From: Octopus vulgaris
Taxonomy: Eukaryota
Assembly (NCBI GenBank): GCA_951406725.2
Contig: OX597836.1
Coordinates: 49,476,001-49,540,000, forward strand
Reading direction: 5' to 3'
DNA length: 64,000 nucleotides
In this document: piece by piece, positions 1 through 14,559 of the stretch
How positions within the stretch are numbered: position 1 is the first letter of the stretch
How the letters are laid out: the number at the start of each line of letters is the position of its first letter
The notes under the pieces: model-generated
The model's database searches: none
Told to the model about the DNA's origin: nothing
What the model saw: the letters and a program-made list of their open reading frames with translations, nothing else
Translations under genes and position numbers: made by a program

Positions 1-500
1 TGAAATCCCCAGCAGAATTGCTGAATGGCAGGAAGTACAAAACTACCCTGCCAACTAAGATCCAACCTCCTATTGACCAGGAAGAGACAAGGGCAAAGCT
101 AGCAACCACTCAAGAACAATCACAGAAATATTACAACAAACATGCACAATACCTACCTGAGATACTTGGAGGCCAACATGTGCATACTCAAGATCCCATA
201 ACTAAAACATGGATCCCAGCACAGGTTGTCAGTAGAGCTGAAACTCCAATATCATATATAATAGAAACGGAATCTGGTAGGCAGCTGAGACGCAACAGGG
301 CCCACATCCGCCCAACACCAAAGCTGTCGAGGACAACGTGTACAACACCAGCTGCATCAGTGATAACACCCACAGAATCATCCCCCCAACGGGCACCAAC
401 CACCCATCAGCAGCCCAACAACACACCTCAGACACCGGTGCGAAGCACAAGATCCACCAGATGGAGAAAGAACATTCTGCCACCGATTCGATACCGTTAA
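1..500 (+). mobile_element. Gypsy/Ty3 LTR retrotransposon, C-terminal end of pol (integrase C-terminal region); the element continues left of the window
   Basis: Translation SPAELLNGRKYKTTLP...QKYYNKHA..LPEI..GQHV...TWIPAQVV...SYIIETESGRQLRRNRAHIR matches the post-core integrase tail of invertebrate Gypsy pol; it is followed by a PPT and LTR. Confidence 0.85.
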
Positions 501-692
501 AGAAAAAAAAAAAAGAAAATGAAAAGATAAATAACTAATTCTGCTAGATTACAGAGCAGAAAACCACGTGAGTAGGCAGAATAATCTCACGGTTTCTGCT
601 GCAGAATTGCCACCTTGCGCTGACAATCCATTAGAGTAAGGGAGACTACTTATATTTGTCTTCACTGCCAAAAAACCCCTTTATTTTTTTTC

Positions 693-936
693 AAGAAGAA
701 GGGATGTTACACATTCATATCTATGTGTATACGTAGGTATACGTATGTAGAATACATCCCCACTTTTGGCACTATTTTATTAGTAAACAGTACGAACTGT
801 GTCTAAAGTATATAAGTATTACTGCGCCGAATGTCGAGAGTTCGTGTAACATGTAAAGTAAATAAACACGTAAAACGATAACAATGGCTTCATTTGAGTT
901 GTCTATCACCCATCTAGAACGAAACGACACATAACA
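693..936 (+). repeat. Polypurine tract (693-704) and 3' LTR (705-936, 232 bp) of the Gypsy element
   Basis: AAGAAGAAGGGA directly precedes TGTTA; the segment ends TAACA (TG...CA inverted termini); internal TATAA at ~811 and AATAAA at 861. Confidence 0.75.
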
Positions 937-951
937 ATATATACGCAATAT

Positions 952-1046
<95 letters not shown>

Positions 1047-1138
1047 GATATATACGCAATATTGCATATATATATTTTATTATACTGTAAAGTGTTAAAA
1101 TGTATGCATAATCTCCTAATATAATAATGAGCGTTGTC

Positions 1139-1193
<55 letters not shown>

Positions 1194-1352
1194 CATAGAG
1201 CCTGGGTGAGAGGTGAAGTTAGAGGAGATAAATGGCAAAGAGAGCGTTGTATGAACGAGAAAGGAAGGGGTGATAGATAAATAATGAAGGGAGGAGTGAA
1301 AATTTCGGTAAACGGCGTTTGAAGTGTGAGTATACGTGTGTGTAAAAGAGAG

Positions 1353-1441
<89 letters not shown>

Positions 1442-1559
1442 TTGGGATGGTAATGTTCAACGGTCAAAATGTGTGAGTATATGTGTGTATGCGTGTGCAT
1501 GTACAAGAGAACTATGTGTAACTTTACATATACATGTAAAGTGATAAAAAGAAACATAT

Positions 1560-1743
1560 AAAAAGTAATCCAGCCAGAATCCTTGTCGGGTCCTGGATCG
1601 TTCTCCAAATCTAATTAGTTCGTGCCAGTCACAAGGCCAAACATCCCTGAAAGTTTCATGGAGCGGTTCTTGAGATATCTTGTCCATGGACAAACAAACA
1701 CAACTGAAAACAATACCTCCGCCTTCGCTAAGGCGGAGGCAAT
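1560..1743 (+). mobile_element. 3' end of a non-autonomous Helentron/DINE-like (HINE) element
   Basis: Terminal perfect 10-bp hairpin CCTCCGCCTT-cgct-AAGGCGGAGG (1716-1739) after AAAACAATA and a CAAA repeat, as in HINE ends. Confidence 0.5.
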
Positions 1744-2152
1744 AACAAGAGTGCCGTGGAGATGTTACAAAAGTTTTGCCTCCTTGGCACGGCCAGAATA
1801 ATCAGGAAAGTATTAGAGAGGTGAAAAGAACGGATAGCATGGTACCGTAGGCTGCAGGTAGCAAGACCCCCAGTGTTCATTGTCTGCGAAAGCATAAAAG
1901 GCAAAGTCGAGCTCGGCGGTATTTGAACTCAGGTAAAAGCAATATTCAGTGTACATGTGTATTCGGGTGTGATTGCGGGTGGAGTGAGGGTGCATGTGTG
2001 TACATCATTAGGGGTTGATTTGTAGGTTTTAGATGTAAAAATTATTTTTCTTGATTTAATTGTAGACTATTTTTTTTTCTATTTGCTCAGCTGAATTTCC
2101 CCCTCTTTTGTGATTCCGTTGTCACTGATACTCACCATTTTCTCTTCCCCAG

Positions 2153-2521
2153 CAACACAAACCAGCGCCATCTAGCGCCACAAGCAGCAGCGGAACCATG
2201 TGTTGCAGTGTTAGCGAGAGCGCCTTACACGAATGGACATCGTGGCGGATCAAACTAAACGAAGGCTTCTCCAATGACATCAAAATCTACTTCAAGAGTT
2301 CGGCCACGAATTCCTTCCCAGACCATCTTCCCGGCCCACTTGCTGGTCGCTTGGACACCGAGCCATTCAAGAACAGAACAAAAATCCCTAATTTCGGTCT
2401 GAATTTGCGACAAACTTACGGTCGGAGGACGGCGAACCAGCTGCAGAGTCACATGATGTCTGACGATTCGTATTTGATATATGGATTGCCCCGAGTTAAG
2501 GTCAACAAGGAGCATGCGTGA
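2153..2521 (+). CDS. Candidate terminal coding exon of an unidentified host gene
   Basis: Strong acceptor ttttctcttccccAG ending at 2152, then a phase-0 open frame of 122 codons of non-repetitive, protein-like sequence (QHKPAPSS...LRQTYGRRTANQLQSHMMSDDSYLIYGLPRVKVNKEHA*). Confidence 0.5.
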   Translation, partial: QHKPAPSSATSSSGTMCCSVSESALHEWTSWRIKLNEGFSNDIKIYFKSSATNSFPDHLPGPLAGRLDTEPFKNRTKIPNFGLNLRQTYGRRTANQLQSHMMSDDSYLIYGLPRVKVNKEHA

Positions 2522-2604
2522 ACTGCGTGACTTCCGGTTTGGCGGTAGCCATGTGGCTCTTGTTGGTTATTCTCAATGATTCCAGTGAAGAACAGTCATC
2601 GTTT

Positions 2605-3385
<781 letters not shown>

Positions 3386-3609
3386 CAACCCAATCGTGCT
3401 CAGAACGATGATCACGATACTGATGGTGATTATCGTCGTCGTCGTCATCATCCTCATATAACCATCGTCTGTGATGGCGCTGACAACGACGGGCGTCATC
3501 GCCATCCTTCTTCCCTACCTCCACCGCCTCTACATCCTCATCATCATCGTCGTCGTCGTCATTGCAGTTACAAAGATTTTATCATCACCATAAACCGAAT
3601 CTTACCAAT

Positions 3610-3737
3610 GGTGATGACGACGACGGCGACGGCGGGATGATGGTGGTGGTGGTGGTGGTGGTGGTGGTGATGATGATGATGATGACGATGATGATGATGA
3701 TGACGATGATGACGACGACGATGATGATGATGATGAC

Positions 3738-3772
<35 letters not shown>

Positions 3773-3820
3773 CGACGACGACGGCGACGGTGGGATGATG
3801 ATGGTGGTGGTGGTGATGAC

Positions 3821-3864
<44 letters not shown>

Positions 3865-3865
3865 C

Positions 3866-3914
<49 letters not shown>

Positions 3915-4145
3915 GTGACGACGACGACGGCGACGGTGGGATGATGATGATGGTGGTGGTGGTGGTGATAATGATGATGATGACGATGATGATGATGATG
4001 ACGATGATGACGACGACGATGATGATGATGATGACGATGATGATGATGATGATGATGATGGTGACGACGACGACGGCGACGGTGGGATGATGATGATGGT
4101 GGTGGTGGTGATGACGATGATGATGATGATGATGATGATGATGAC

Positions 4146-4210
<65 letters not shown>

Positions 4211-4262
4211 CGATGATGATGATGATGATGACGATGATGACGATGATGATGACGATGATGAC

Positions 4263-4301
<39 letters not shown>

Positions 4302-4323
4302 TGATAATGATGATGACGATGAC

Positions 4324-4362
<39 letters not shown>

Positions 4363-4410
4363 AATGATGATGACGATGACGATGATGATGAATGTGATGA
4401 TGGTGATCAT
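3610..4410. repeat. (GAT)n trinucleotide array with ~150-bp higher-order periodicity
   Basis: The variant block gacgacggcgacgg(t/c)gggatgatg recurs at ~3620, ~3778, ~3925 and ~4070. Confidence 0.9.
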
Positions 4411-5894
4411 GGAGAGGCGGATGAAAGAAAATGGAAGAAAAATACTTGTCTCAGATGAAGTGTATGTATGTGTGTGTTCGTTGTTTTTGTGTTTGTGTGT
4501 GTGTGTGTGTGTGTATTTGCGTGTTTATGCGTGTGTATGCTTGTGTGTGTGTTTGTGTGTGTGCGTGTGTATGTTTGTGTGTGTTGCTCGTTATTTTTGT
4601 GTTTGTGTTTGTGTGTGTATGTTTGTGTGTGTGTGCGTGTATTTATATGTGTGTTTTTGTTTGTGTGTGCTTGTGTGTGTGTGCGTGTGTGTGTGTGTTT
4701 GTATGTGTGTGCATGTGCGTGTGTGTACGTGTTTGTGTGTGCATGTGTGTTTGTGTGTGTGTGCATGTGCGTGTGTGTGCGTGTTTGTGTGTGTGCTTAT
4801 GTGTGTGCGTGTGTATGTGCGTGTGCGTGTGTGTAACGGGTCAAGCGTGATTGATTCGGGTCGCTGGAACGTATACGTGTATCTAAATGTTTGTATGCTT
4901 GCATATCTGTATGTGTGTGTCTGCGTATTTCTGAAGTGTACGTATGTGTGTGTGTGTGTTTGTGTATCTGTATGAGTCTATGTGTGTGTGTATTTGTATG
5001 AGTCTATCTGTGTGTGTGTGTCTTTCTATCTATGTATCTGTATGAATATATCTGGCGGTGATGGGGGGCGACAAAGAAAACATCGGAAGAGATTTTTCTT
5101 ATAATAAAGTAATTTTTCTTACATTTTTATCTTTTAAGTTATTTTTATTTTATTTTATTTTTCCATTTTCATTTTTTGAATTTATTTTTATTTCTAATTA
5201 TTTTTTTCCTGATATAAATTTAATGTTTTTTTTTTTACTTCAGTTTTTAAAAATTTTTATAATATACCTTTTAATTACTTCTTAATTTTTTGTTTTGTTG
5301 TTGTTTTTGTCCAACAGGTTTACAATATTTAAAATGGATGGGAGCGTTTTTAATTGTTTTCTGTTGCTGGCAGAGTTTATTCTCCGCCCCCCCCACACAC
5401 ACACACACAACGTCCCCTCACACTATTACTACCACCTTGTACCATTCTTACACCACCTTCCTTATAGCAACTGCTACGAATGAGACATTATGGAGCTACA
5501 ATATATTTCAACTCGCCAGTCCCCATACACACACACGCATTTATTTTTATATAATAATAATAATAATAATTATTATTATTATTATTATTATTATTTCTCT
5601 ATCACAGGTTTTGTTGAAGCTCCTGGAGTATTGCATGCTTTTTCAGTATTGCATGCTTTTTCAATAGCTTTGAGTCAAAGCTATTGTAAAAGTTGCAAGA
5701 CACAACGAAAATCTTAGAAATATAAAGATGGAAATGAGGGGAAATTTTACCAGTGAGTGTGTTAAATTATAAGACACTAAAAGAGAATGATTCTCCCCAG
5801 GCACAACAAAACATACTTCAACACACGAACTCACAAAGAATCTTGCAAACTAAATCCCAAAACGAAATATATATATATGTATTTATGTATATAC

Positions 5895-5942
<48 letters not shown>

Positions 5943-5945
5943 TTA

Positions 5946-5983
<38 letters not shown>

Positions 5984-6055
5984 CATATATATATATATAT
6001 AATTAAATAAGGGTAGAAATTGATATTAATCAATTAAAACCAGCGGTCTAAAAGT

Positions 6056-6322
6056 AGACAAATGAAAATATATGAAATAAAAAATGATTACCTATGTACT
6101 AATTAGTTTATAATATAATTTGTGAATATAATTTGTGGAACTTTATACATGGTGGATTTCGGTTGAGCGTTCTGTATCTAGTTCTGGAAATTGTGTTTTG
6201 TAAACGACAGACTATGCTGATGATCTTGCAGATGTTTACGTATCCATATACGTAAATATTAACAAGTGAAACTAATTAGTACATAGGTAATAATTTTTTA
6301 TTTCGTATACTTTCATTTGTCT
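6056..6322. repeat. Decayed inverted repeat (arms 6056-6109 and 6269-6322) in an insert between (TA)n tracts
   Basis: agacaaatgaaaatatatgaaataaaaaatgattacctatgtactaattagttt matches the reverse complement of 6269-6322 with few mismatches. Confidence 0.7.
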
Positions 6323-6457
6323 TGCTTATTTTTTACGCTTTGGGTTTTTGCTGAGTTTTTTTCTTGCGAACACATTCTTCGTGGAAAATGGCGATTTTGA
6401 CGTCTATATCTAGCATAAGGGCTGTCTACTTTTAGTGGTCAGTCCTCTAAATTTTGT

Positions 6458-6525
<68 letters not shown>

Positions 6526-6553
6526 TATACATTTTTATCTATCTATCTATCTA

Positions 6554-6660
<107 letters not shown>

Positions 6661-6880
6661 GAGAGAGAAATATAGAGAAAGAGAGATAAAAATATATATT
6701 GTAGGCTGTATAATTATGATAGGATATAATACGTCGATAGATGACCATAACCAAATGCTTCTACACATCTGCATCACAGGCAAAACCTGACCTCAGCTTC
6801 TCCATCGCTCTCTCTCTTTCCCTTTCTCTCTGTACATACACACACACATACATACATACATACATACATACATACATACA

Positions 6881-6911
<31 letters not shown>

Positions 6912-7086
6912 TCACACACACACACGTGTGAAGGGAGAGAGTATATTTTTCCTCTCCAATTCTCTAATCTTATCAATTATATCACGGAATTCTTATTCTA
7001 CACATCATTTTTATGGACATTATATTTAACAACAGCAACAATAATCCTTTTGTCTATGTACACAGGTATGTTTGCGTATATACATT

Positions 7087-7161
<75 letters not shown>

Positions 7162-7358
7162 CTTTAATTATACATATATACACGTATACAGACACATACA
7201 TTCTATGTATAAAATATACGTGTGTGTGTATAAGTATATCAAATATATATATACACATACATGCATACATACATATATACATATATATACATATGCACAC
7301 ACACACACACACAGATATATATGTTTATTTACTTACGTGTATATATACACACAGACAC

Positions 7359-7409
<51 letters not shown>

Positions 7410-7789
7410 AAATGAGACAAGAAGCACTAAATCTCTTTGTATTCTCATTATCGATACATCATATCTCAGTAAAAAAGACGAAAACATTAAAAGCAAAAAC
7501 AAAAACAAAAGGACAGATAACAACAAAATGGACGGATATTTTTCGATAGAGACAACATGGACGCTGCTGAAACGACGGAAGATCGTCTGCTGTTTCAATG
7601 GTTCTTTCTTGGTAATTTGATTCAAGATAAACAAGACAATTTCTAGTGTTTTCTCTAAACTTTTGCCTCCTTGGCAAATGTCCATATTTTATTTATCTAT
7701 TATTATCATTATTAATATCATTATTATTATCATTATCATTATTAATATCATTATCATTATTAATATCATTATTATTATTATTATCATCA

Positions 7790-7859
<70 letters not shown>

Positions 7860-8174
7860 ATACTCGATATATTTATTGCGTGTTCTTGCTGCACTTCTAA
7901 GAGAAAGAAGCTCTCTCTCTCTCTCTCTCAATCTATCTATCTATCTATCTCCCTCTCTCTCTTTCTCTCTCTCTCTACGTTACGTGCTGTCATTTGTTTT
8001 GTCTTGTTATTTTATTTTTGTCTTTTATATTGAAAAGTAAAGAATACGTCATACATGTTGCAGGCCCTAACAGCCTCATCTTCTCTGCTGGACTATAACT
8101 TTCGCAGTTCTGGATGTGTATATATATTTGTGTCTTTTAATAGCATTCTTGATGCGATTGTTATCATAATAGTT

Positions 8175-8213
<39 letters not shown>

Positions 8214-8372
8214 CTTCTTCTTCTTCTTCTTCTTCTTCTTCTTCTTCTTCTTCTTCTTCTTCTTCTTCTTCTTCTTCTTCATGTGGTTGGTCTTGTCATC
8301 ATCACCACCATCATCATTATTATTATTGTACTATTATTATTATTATTATTATCATTATTATTATTATTATTA

Positions 8373-8494
<122 letters not shown>

Positions 8495-8570
8495 TATTAT
8501 TATTATTATTATTGTTGTTGCTATTGTTGTTCTTGTTGTTCTTTTGTTGTTGTTATCATTATTGTTGTTG

Positions 8571-8601
<31 letters not shown>

Positions 8602-8664
8602 CATTATTATTATTATTATTATTATCATTACTATGATTATCATCATTATCATTATTATTATTAC

Positions 8665-8721
<57 letters not shown>

Positions 8722-8735
8722 CATTACTATGATTA

Positions 8736-8803
<68 letters not shown>

Positions 8804-8843
8804 GTTGTTGTTGTTGTTGTTGCTGTTATCATTATTGTTGGTG

Positions 8844-8878
<35 letters not shown>

Positions 8879-8935
8879 ATTATTATTATTATTATTATTA
8901 TTATTATCATCATCATTACTATTATTATTATTATT

Positions 8936-9486
8936 GAGTGAGAGAGCAGTTCATGCCATCAAAGTGACACTGGGGTAAAATATACGAAGCCCAATATACC
9001 CATCATGACTACCCGTCTGATAAAGGTACACCAGGCACATGCATCACAACCATATGTGCGCGACATGGTGATCTCATATCAAGATAAACAGCACATGACC
9101 TTGCAGGTGGGGCCCAGTTAGAATTTTCTTCAGGTTGAGTAGCCCATCCTGCTCAAACGGTCCCTGAATAAGGGTTGCTTTAGGATGTTGAACGAAACAC
9201 CTATGTTTCCAGAGGTGAACCATTCAAACTCCAAAGAATCCCTCTCAACACATGGCCATGATGCTCCCCCACTACTTCTGCTCGTGATCAGAGATGCACA
9301 TATCGTCAGCCACTAAGGGACATGCTCAACTGGTTAAGGTCAAACAACTGACAAGCAAATCTGTGGTATTGAGCAGAATATTTGCTGTAGCCCATCTTTT
9401 ATACCAAGACAAAACAATGTACATGATAACACTTCCAATCAGTTAAGATCAGAAGCCATGAGAGCCACTGCCTGGTACTGCATCAG

Positions 9487-9487
<1 letters not shown>
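8936..9487 (-). mobile_element. Unclassified non-coding retroposon-like insert flanked by (TAA)n on both sides
   Basis: ~550 bp of complex sequence with sharp edges inside a (TTA)n field; no ORF; orientation is a guess. Confidence 0.4.
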
Positions 9488-9560
<73 letters not shown>

Positions 9561-9595
9561 CATGATTATCATTATTATTATTATCATCATTATCA

Positions 9596-9630
<35 letters not shown>

Positions 9631-10288
9631 ATTTGGCTCAAAAGCAAATAGCAAGGCCATGTAGGGGGACATGGAGTTAAGTACAGGGTGGTGTTCATGT
9701 AAAGAGTTCAGGCCACTTGAGGTCCAGGGAGGCTTTGAACAAAGCGGTCGTCGGCATCTTCACCATCTCGTCTGGCAACCCGGACGGAGAAAGCTCCTCT
9801 CCTTCGATTGAGATGAAATCGTCGCAGGTAGAGCTTTTCGGAATGACCCCGCAGCCGACGCTCTGGAGCAGGAGTGAAGAACAGCTCTTTCGAGAGGTTA
9901 CACTTTCCGCTTATAATGTTGTGGGCGAGAATGAGATCACCACGGCGGCGGCGTTTTTCTAGAGAATAAAGGTCGAGCGTCCTCAGCCTTTCTTCATAGG
10001 ACAAATTTTTGAGACCATGAACCATGCGGGTAGCCAGCTTCTGGACTCTTTCGAGATGCTGTATGTCTTTGAGGAGATAAGGAGAAGAGGCTTGAATCCC
10101 GTACTCCAATATGGGTCTCACCAGCGTGACATAGAGTGGTAGGAATATGGCTGCTGTGAGCATTCCGAATGACCGTCGAATCAAGAACAGAATTCCTTTG
10201 TTGGCAGCACGGACGCACTGGGCCGAAGGCGAAAAGGAGGAATCCACCAAGATACCCAGGTCCTTTACCTGATCGGTCCTCTCCAGCA
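9596..10288 (-). mobile_element. CR1-type LINE, 5'-truncated copy 1 (RT C-terminus, 3' UTR, (AACT)n tail)
   Basis: KDLGILVDSS...LYVTLVRPILEYG...LERVQKLATRMVHGLKNLSYEERLRTLDLYSLEKRRRRGDLI; near-identical to copy 2 apart from two internal deletions. Confidence 0.9.
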
Positions 10289-10301
10289 TTATTATTATTA
10301 C

Positions 10302-10352
<51 letters not shown>

Positions 10353-10358
10353 CATTAC

Positions 10359-10389
<31 letters not shown>

Positions 10390-10441
10390 GTTGTTGTTGT
10401 TGTTGTTATCATTATTGTTGTTGTTGTTATTATTATTATTA

Positions 10442-10476
<35 letters not shown>

Positions 10477-10539
10477 ATTATAATTATTATTATTATTATT
10501 ATTATTATCATCATCATTATTATTATTATTATTATTATC

Positions 10540-10583
<44 letters not shown>

Positions 10584-10608
10584 CATCATTATCATTATTA
10601 TTATTATC

Positions 10609-10673
<65 letters not shown>

Positions 10674-10726
10674 CATCATCATTATCATTATTATTATTAT
10701 CATCATTATCATTATCATTATTAATA

Positions 10727-10775
<49 letters not shown>

Positions 10776-10804
10776 CATCATCATTATCATTATTATTATT
10801 ATCA

Positions 10805-10835
<31 letters not shown>

Positions 10836-10909
10836 CATCATTATCATTATTATTATTATCATCATCATTATCATTATTATTATTATCATCATTATCATTA
10901 TTATTATCA

Positions 10910-10982
<73 letters not shown>

Positions 10983-11008
10983 CATCATTATCATTATTAT
11001 TATTATCA

Positions 11009-11086
<78 letters not shown>

Positions 11087-11500
11087 GAAATTGTTGTTTT
11101 CAAACTCCAACATCTTTATCTCCATTTCGAATTCTGGTTTTTTTATTTGGGCATGTTTTTTGTTTATTTGTATTTTGTTTTTTTGTTTTTTTTTTTGTCT
11201 TTGTATAATTGGAATAATTTGTTAATTTCTTTCAGAGAGTTATTGTCCATAGAAGGAATTTCTTTATTATTAATAATATTATCACTATTATTGTTGTCTG
11301 TTCCTTCCTCTTTTTTCCTCCTCCTAATCGCCACCAGCACCCGCCACTGCCATCATCATCGTCATCCTTCGGTACGTTACTCTTCTCTACGAGCCTTCCT
11401 ATAAATATTTGTATGTAGGCATGTATGTATGCATATATATATATATATATATATATAGATGAGAAAGTTGGTTTGTGAAAGCACGTGGTTGAATATATAG

Positions 11501-11666
11501 AAAATAGTAAAAAAGTGAAAAAACTACAGAAGGCTTGTTTTAAAAGGTTAAAAAATATATATTTGAGTCAATATGTCTGAAGAATATTATAAATTTTTTT
11601 CTTACAATGACATAATTTAGAAGAAAGACCGGTTTCGCGTTTAGCTTTTCAAATTTACATCGTTAT

Positions 11667-11698
<32 letters not shown>

Positions 11699-12999
11699 AT
11701 TTGGCTCAAAAGCAAATAGCAAGGCCATGTAGGGGGACATGGAGTTAAGTACAGGGTGGTGTTCATGTAAAGAGTTCAGGCCACTTGAGGTCAAGGGAGG
11801 CTTTGAACAAAGCGGTCGTCGGCATCTTCACCATCTCGTCTGGCAGCTTGTTCCACGGATCCGCAACCCGGACGGAGAAAGCTCCTCTCCTTCGATTGAG
11901 ATGAAATCGTCGCAGGTAGAGCTTTTCGGAATGACCCCGCAGCCGACGCTCTGGAGTAGGAGTGAAGAACAGCTCTTTCGAGAGGTTACACTTTCCGCTT
12001 ATGATGTTGTGGGCGAGAATGAGATCACCACGGCGGCGGCGTTTTTCTAGAGAATAAAGGTCGAGCGTCCTCAGCCTTTCTTCATAGGACAAATTTTTGA
12101 GACCATGAACCATGCGGGTAGCCAGCTTCTGGACTCTTTCGAGATGCTGTATGTCTTTGAGGAGATAAGGAGAAGAGGCTTGAATCCCGTACTCCAATAT
12201 GGGTCTCACCAGCGTGACATAGAGTGGTAGGAATATGGCTGCTGTGAGCATTCCGAATGACCGTCGAATCAAGAACAGAATTCCGCGTGCTTTGTTGGCA
12301 GCATGGACGCACTGGGCCGAAGGCGAAAAGGAGGAATCCACCAAGATACCCAGGTCCTTTACCTGATCGGTCCTCTCCAGCAGCAGACGACCCAGCTCGA
12401 AATCAAGTTGAGCTGCAGGAGGAGAGCCAACAGGCAGATGACAGCACTTTGACACGTTCAGACACAGGTCCCATTCGTTAGACCACTTCCAAATTTGGTG
12501 GAGGCATCGACGAAGATCCTCTATATCACCGCGAGGAGCGACCAGTTTGATATCGTCGGCAAATAGAAGGGTGTGTTGCGTGAGGTCATCGGGCAAGTCA
12601 TTTATGAAGACTAAGAACAATAAGAGCCCAAGCACTGTTTACGTTGAGAAGAGTTCTCGTTATGTTTATCTTGAGAAGAGTTCTAGATAAGGGGAGGTAA
12701 TAAGTGATTTCTTCCGGTGTAAGGGAGATAATCGCTTAAAATTTTTTGCCTTTCCTTTGGAGTGAATTTCTCTGTATAAGTATGTTGGAATGGTTAAGTC
12801 TGGGCTTGTAATTTTCAATGAAGAATGTTTCCTTGTTTAGTCTAATTTGTGTTGGTGTTCCGATAGCACATTGGTAAAATGGAAAGATTAAAAATAGTGG
12901 TAGTAGTTGCTTTGCGCATTTATTCTTCAGACATATTGACTCAAATATATATTTTTTAAACTTTTAAAACAAGCCTTCTGTAGTTTTTTCACTTTTTAC

Positions 13000-13005
<6 letters not shown>
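11501..13005. mobile_element. Fold-back element (~85-bp inverted arms 11501-11586 and 12921-13005) interrupted by CR1 copy 2
   Basis: The arms are near-perfect reverse complements; a degenerate HHR-like motif GC-taaac-GC-GAAA-CCGG-TC lies on the minus strand at ~11621-11655. Confidence 0.7.
11667..12636 (-). mobile_element. CR1-type LINE, 5'-truncated copy 2; RT fragment in an uninterrupted ORF 11763-12635
   Basis: LFLVFINDLP...LFADDIKL RT motifs, CR1 C-terminus (WNKLPDEMV...FKASLD) and (AACT)n tail. Confidence 0.92.
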
Positions 13006-13039
<34 letters not shown>

Positions 13040-13116
13040 AGAGAGAAAGAATGAGAGAAAAAGTGATAAATAGCTAGATTCATACATACATATATACAAA
13101 CATATATACATATATA

Positions 13117-13158
<42 letters not shown>

Positions 13159-13159
<1 letters not shown>

Positions 13160-14427
13160 GAGGGGCGTTCAATAAGTAATGCCCCTGACCCACTTGCATT
13201 TGTTTGATCTAGCTGAAATTTTGCATGTGCACTTATTTATACCTCTACAGATTAAGTGGCAGATTACAGCTCTAAACTAATTGTGGTTTCTGATTTACAG
13301 GTGTTTGAACTGAGTCAAGTGTGAAATGGAGCCTGTTGAGTGTCGAGCAGTGATCAGGTTTTTGTATTTGAAAGGACGCACACCACGGGAGACTTTTGAT
13401 GAAATGAAAGTAACTTATGGTGATGATGCCCCATCATATGACCTTGTAAAACGCTGGCATTGTGAATTCAAACATAGTCGGAACTCTGTAGAAACAGCTC
13501 CCAGATCTGGTCGCCCCCTTCTGCCGTTGATGAGACGTCTGTCCGTCAAGTTGAGGCTGCCATTTTGGAAGGTCAACGCATAACTATTCGCGAAATAGCC
13601 CATGAGGTCAAGATTAGTACCGGGTCTGTGGAAACTATCATTCATGACCATTTGCATATGCAAAAGGTGTCTGCCAGATGGATTTCCAGGTTGCTCACAC
13701 CTTTCCAGAAGCAAGAACGCGTTGAGTGCTCGAGGATGAATTTGGAGATGTGCCAAGAAGATGAGTCAAAATTTTTCAAAAGACTGATCACACAGGATAA
13801 AACCTGGGTCCATCACTATGATCCATAGACCAAAGCCCAGTCAATGCAGTGGAAGCACCGTGACTCCCCTCCTCCAAAGAAGGCAAGGGTGCAGCCCTCC
13901 GCTGACAAGGATATGCTCACAGTCTTCTGGGATCAGGACGGAGTAGTGATGACAGATTTCCTGGCAGAGGGTACCACAATTACAGGAGCTTATTATGCTT
14001 CACTTTTGAGGAAATTAAGAGAAGCTATCAAAATCAAGAGGCGGGCAAGATCAGCAAAGGCATCCTCCTCCTGCAGGACAACGCTCCGGTCCACAACTCG
14101 CGTGTCGCCAGATCAGAAGCACAGGCGTGCAGCTATGAACTCCTCCCCTTGCACCCTCTGATTTTCACCTCTTCCCAGCCATGAAGTTGATTTTGAAAGG
14201 AAAGCATTTCCCAGATGATGCAGCCTTGATTTCTGAAGTCACGTCGTGGTTGGAGGTCCAAGATGGGGTCTTCTACAAAAACGGTCTCCAGAGCTGCATC
14301 AAACGATGGGAGAAATGCATAACTCTGGGTAGTTCCTATGTAGGAAAAGACTAATAACTGTGCCAAGTGTCGTTGCTCTACTGCTATGGGAAGTGGGTCA
14401 GGGGCATTACTTATTGAACGCCCCTCG
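13159..14427 (+). mobile_element. Full-length mariner transposon (irritans/Bytmar-like) with pseudogenised transposase at ~13326-14354
   Basis: Perfect 37-bp TIRs CGAGGGGCGTTCAATAAGTAATGCCCCTGACCCACTT at 13159-13195 and 14391-14427; TA on both flanks; motifs RSGRP, KVSARW, ITQDKTWVHHYDP, MLTVFWD, LLQDNAPVH split by frameshifts and stops. Confidence 0.95.
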
Positions 14428-14488
14428 TATATATGTATATGTGAGTACATTTATGCATATATATGTATATATATGTGTGTGTATTTGG

Positions 14489-14557
<69 letters not shown>

Positions 14558-14559
<2 letters not shown>

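Noticed and set aside
9425-9487. Short similarity to U2 snRNA (TAAGATCA, CCTGGTACTGCA)
   Set aside because: Two short words only; no branch-recognition sequence or Sm site, and wrong spacing
9708-11103. 434-aa ORF fusing poly-I to RT, and a poly-N ORF
   Set aside because: A truncated CR1 abutting a stop-free (ATA)n frame; not a real fusion gene
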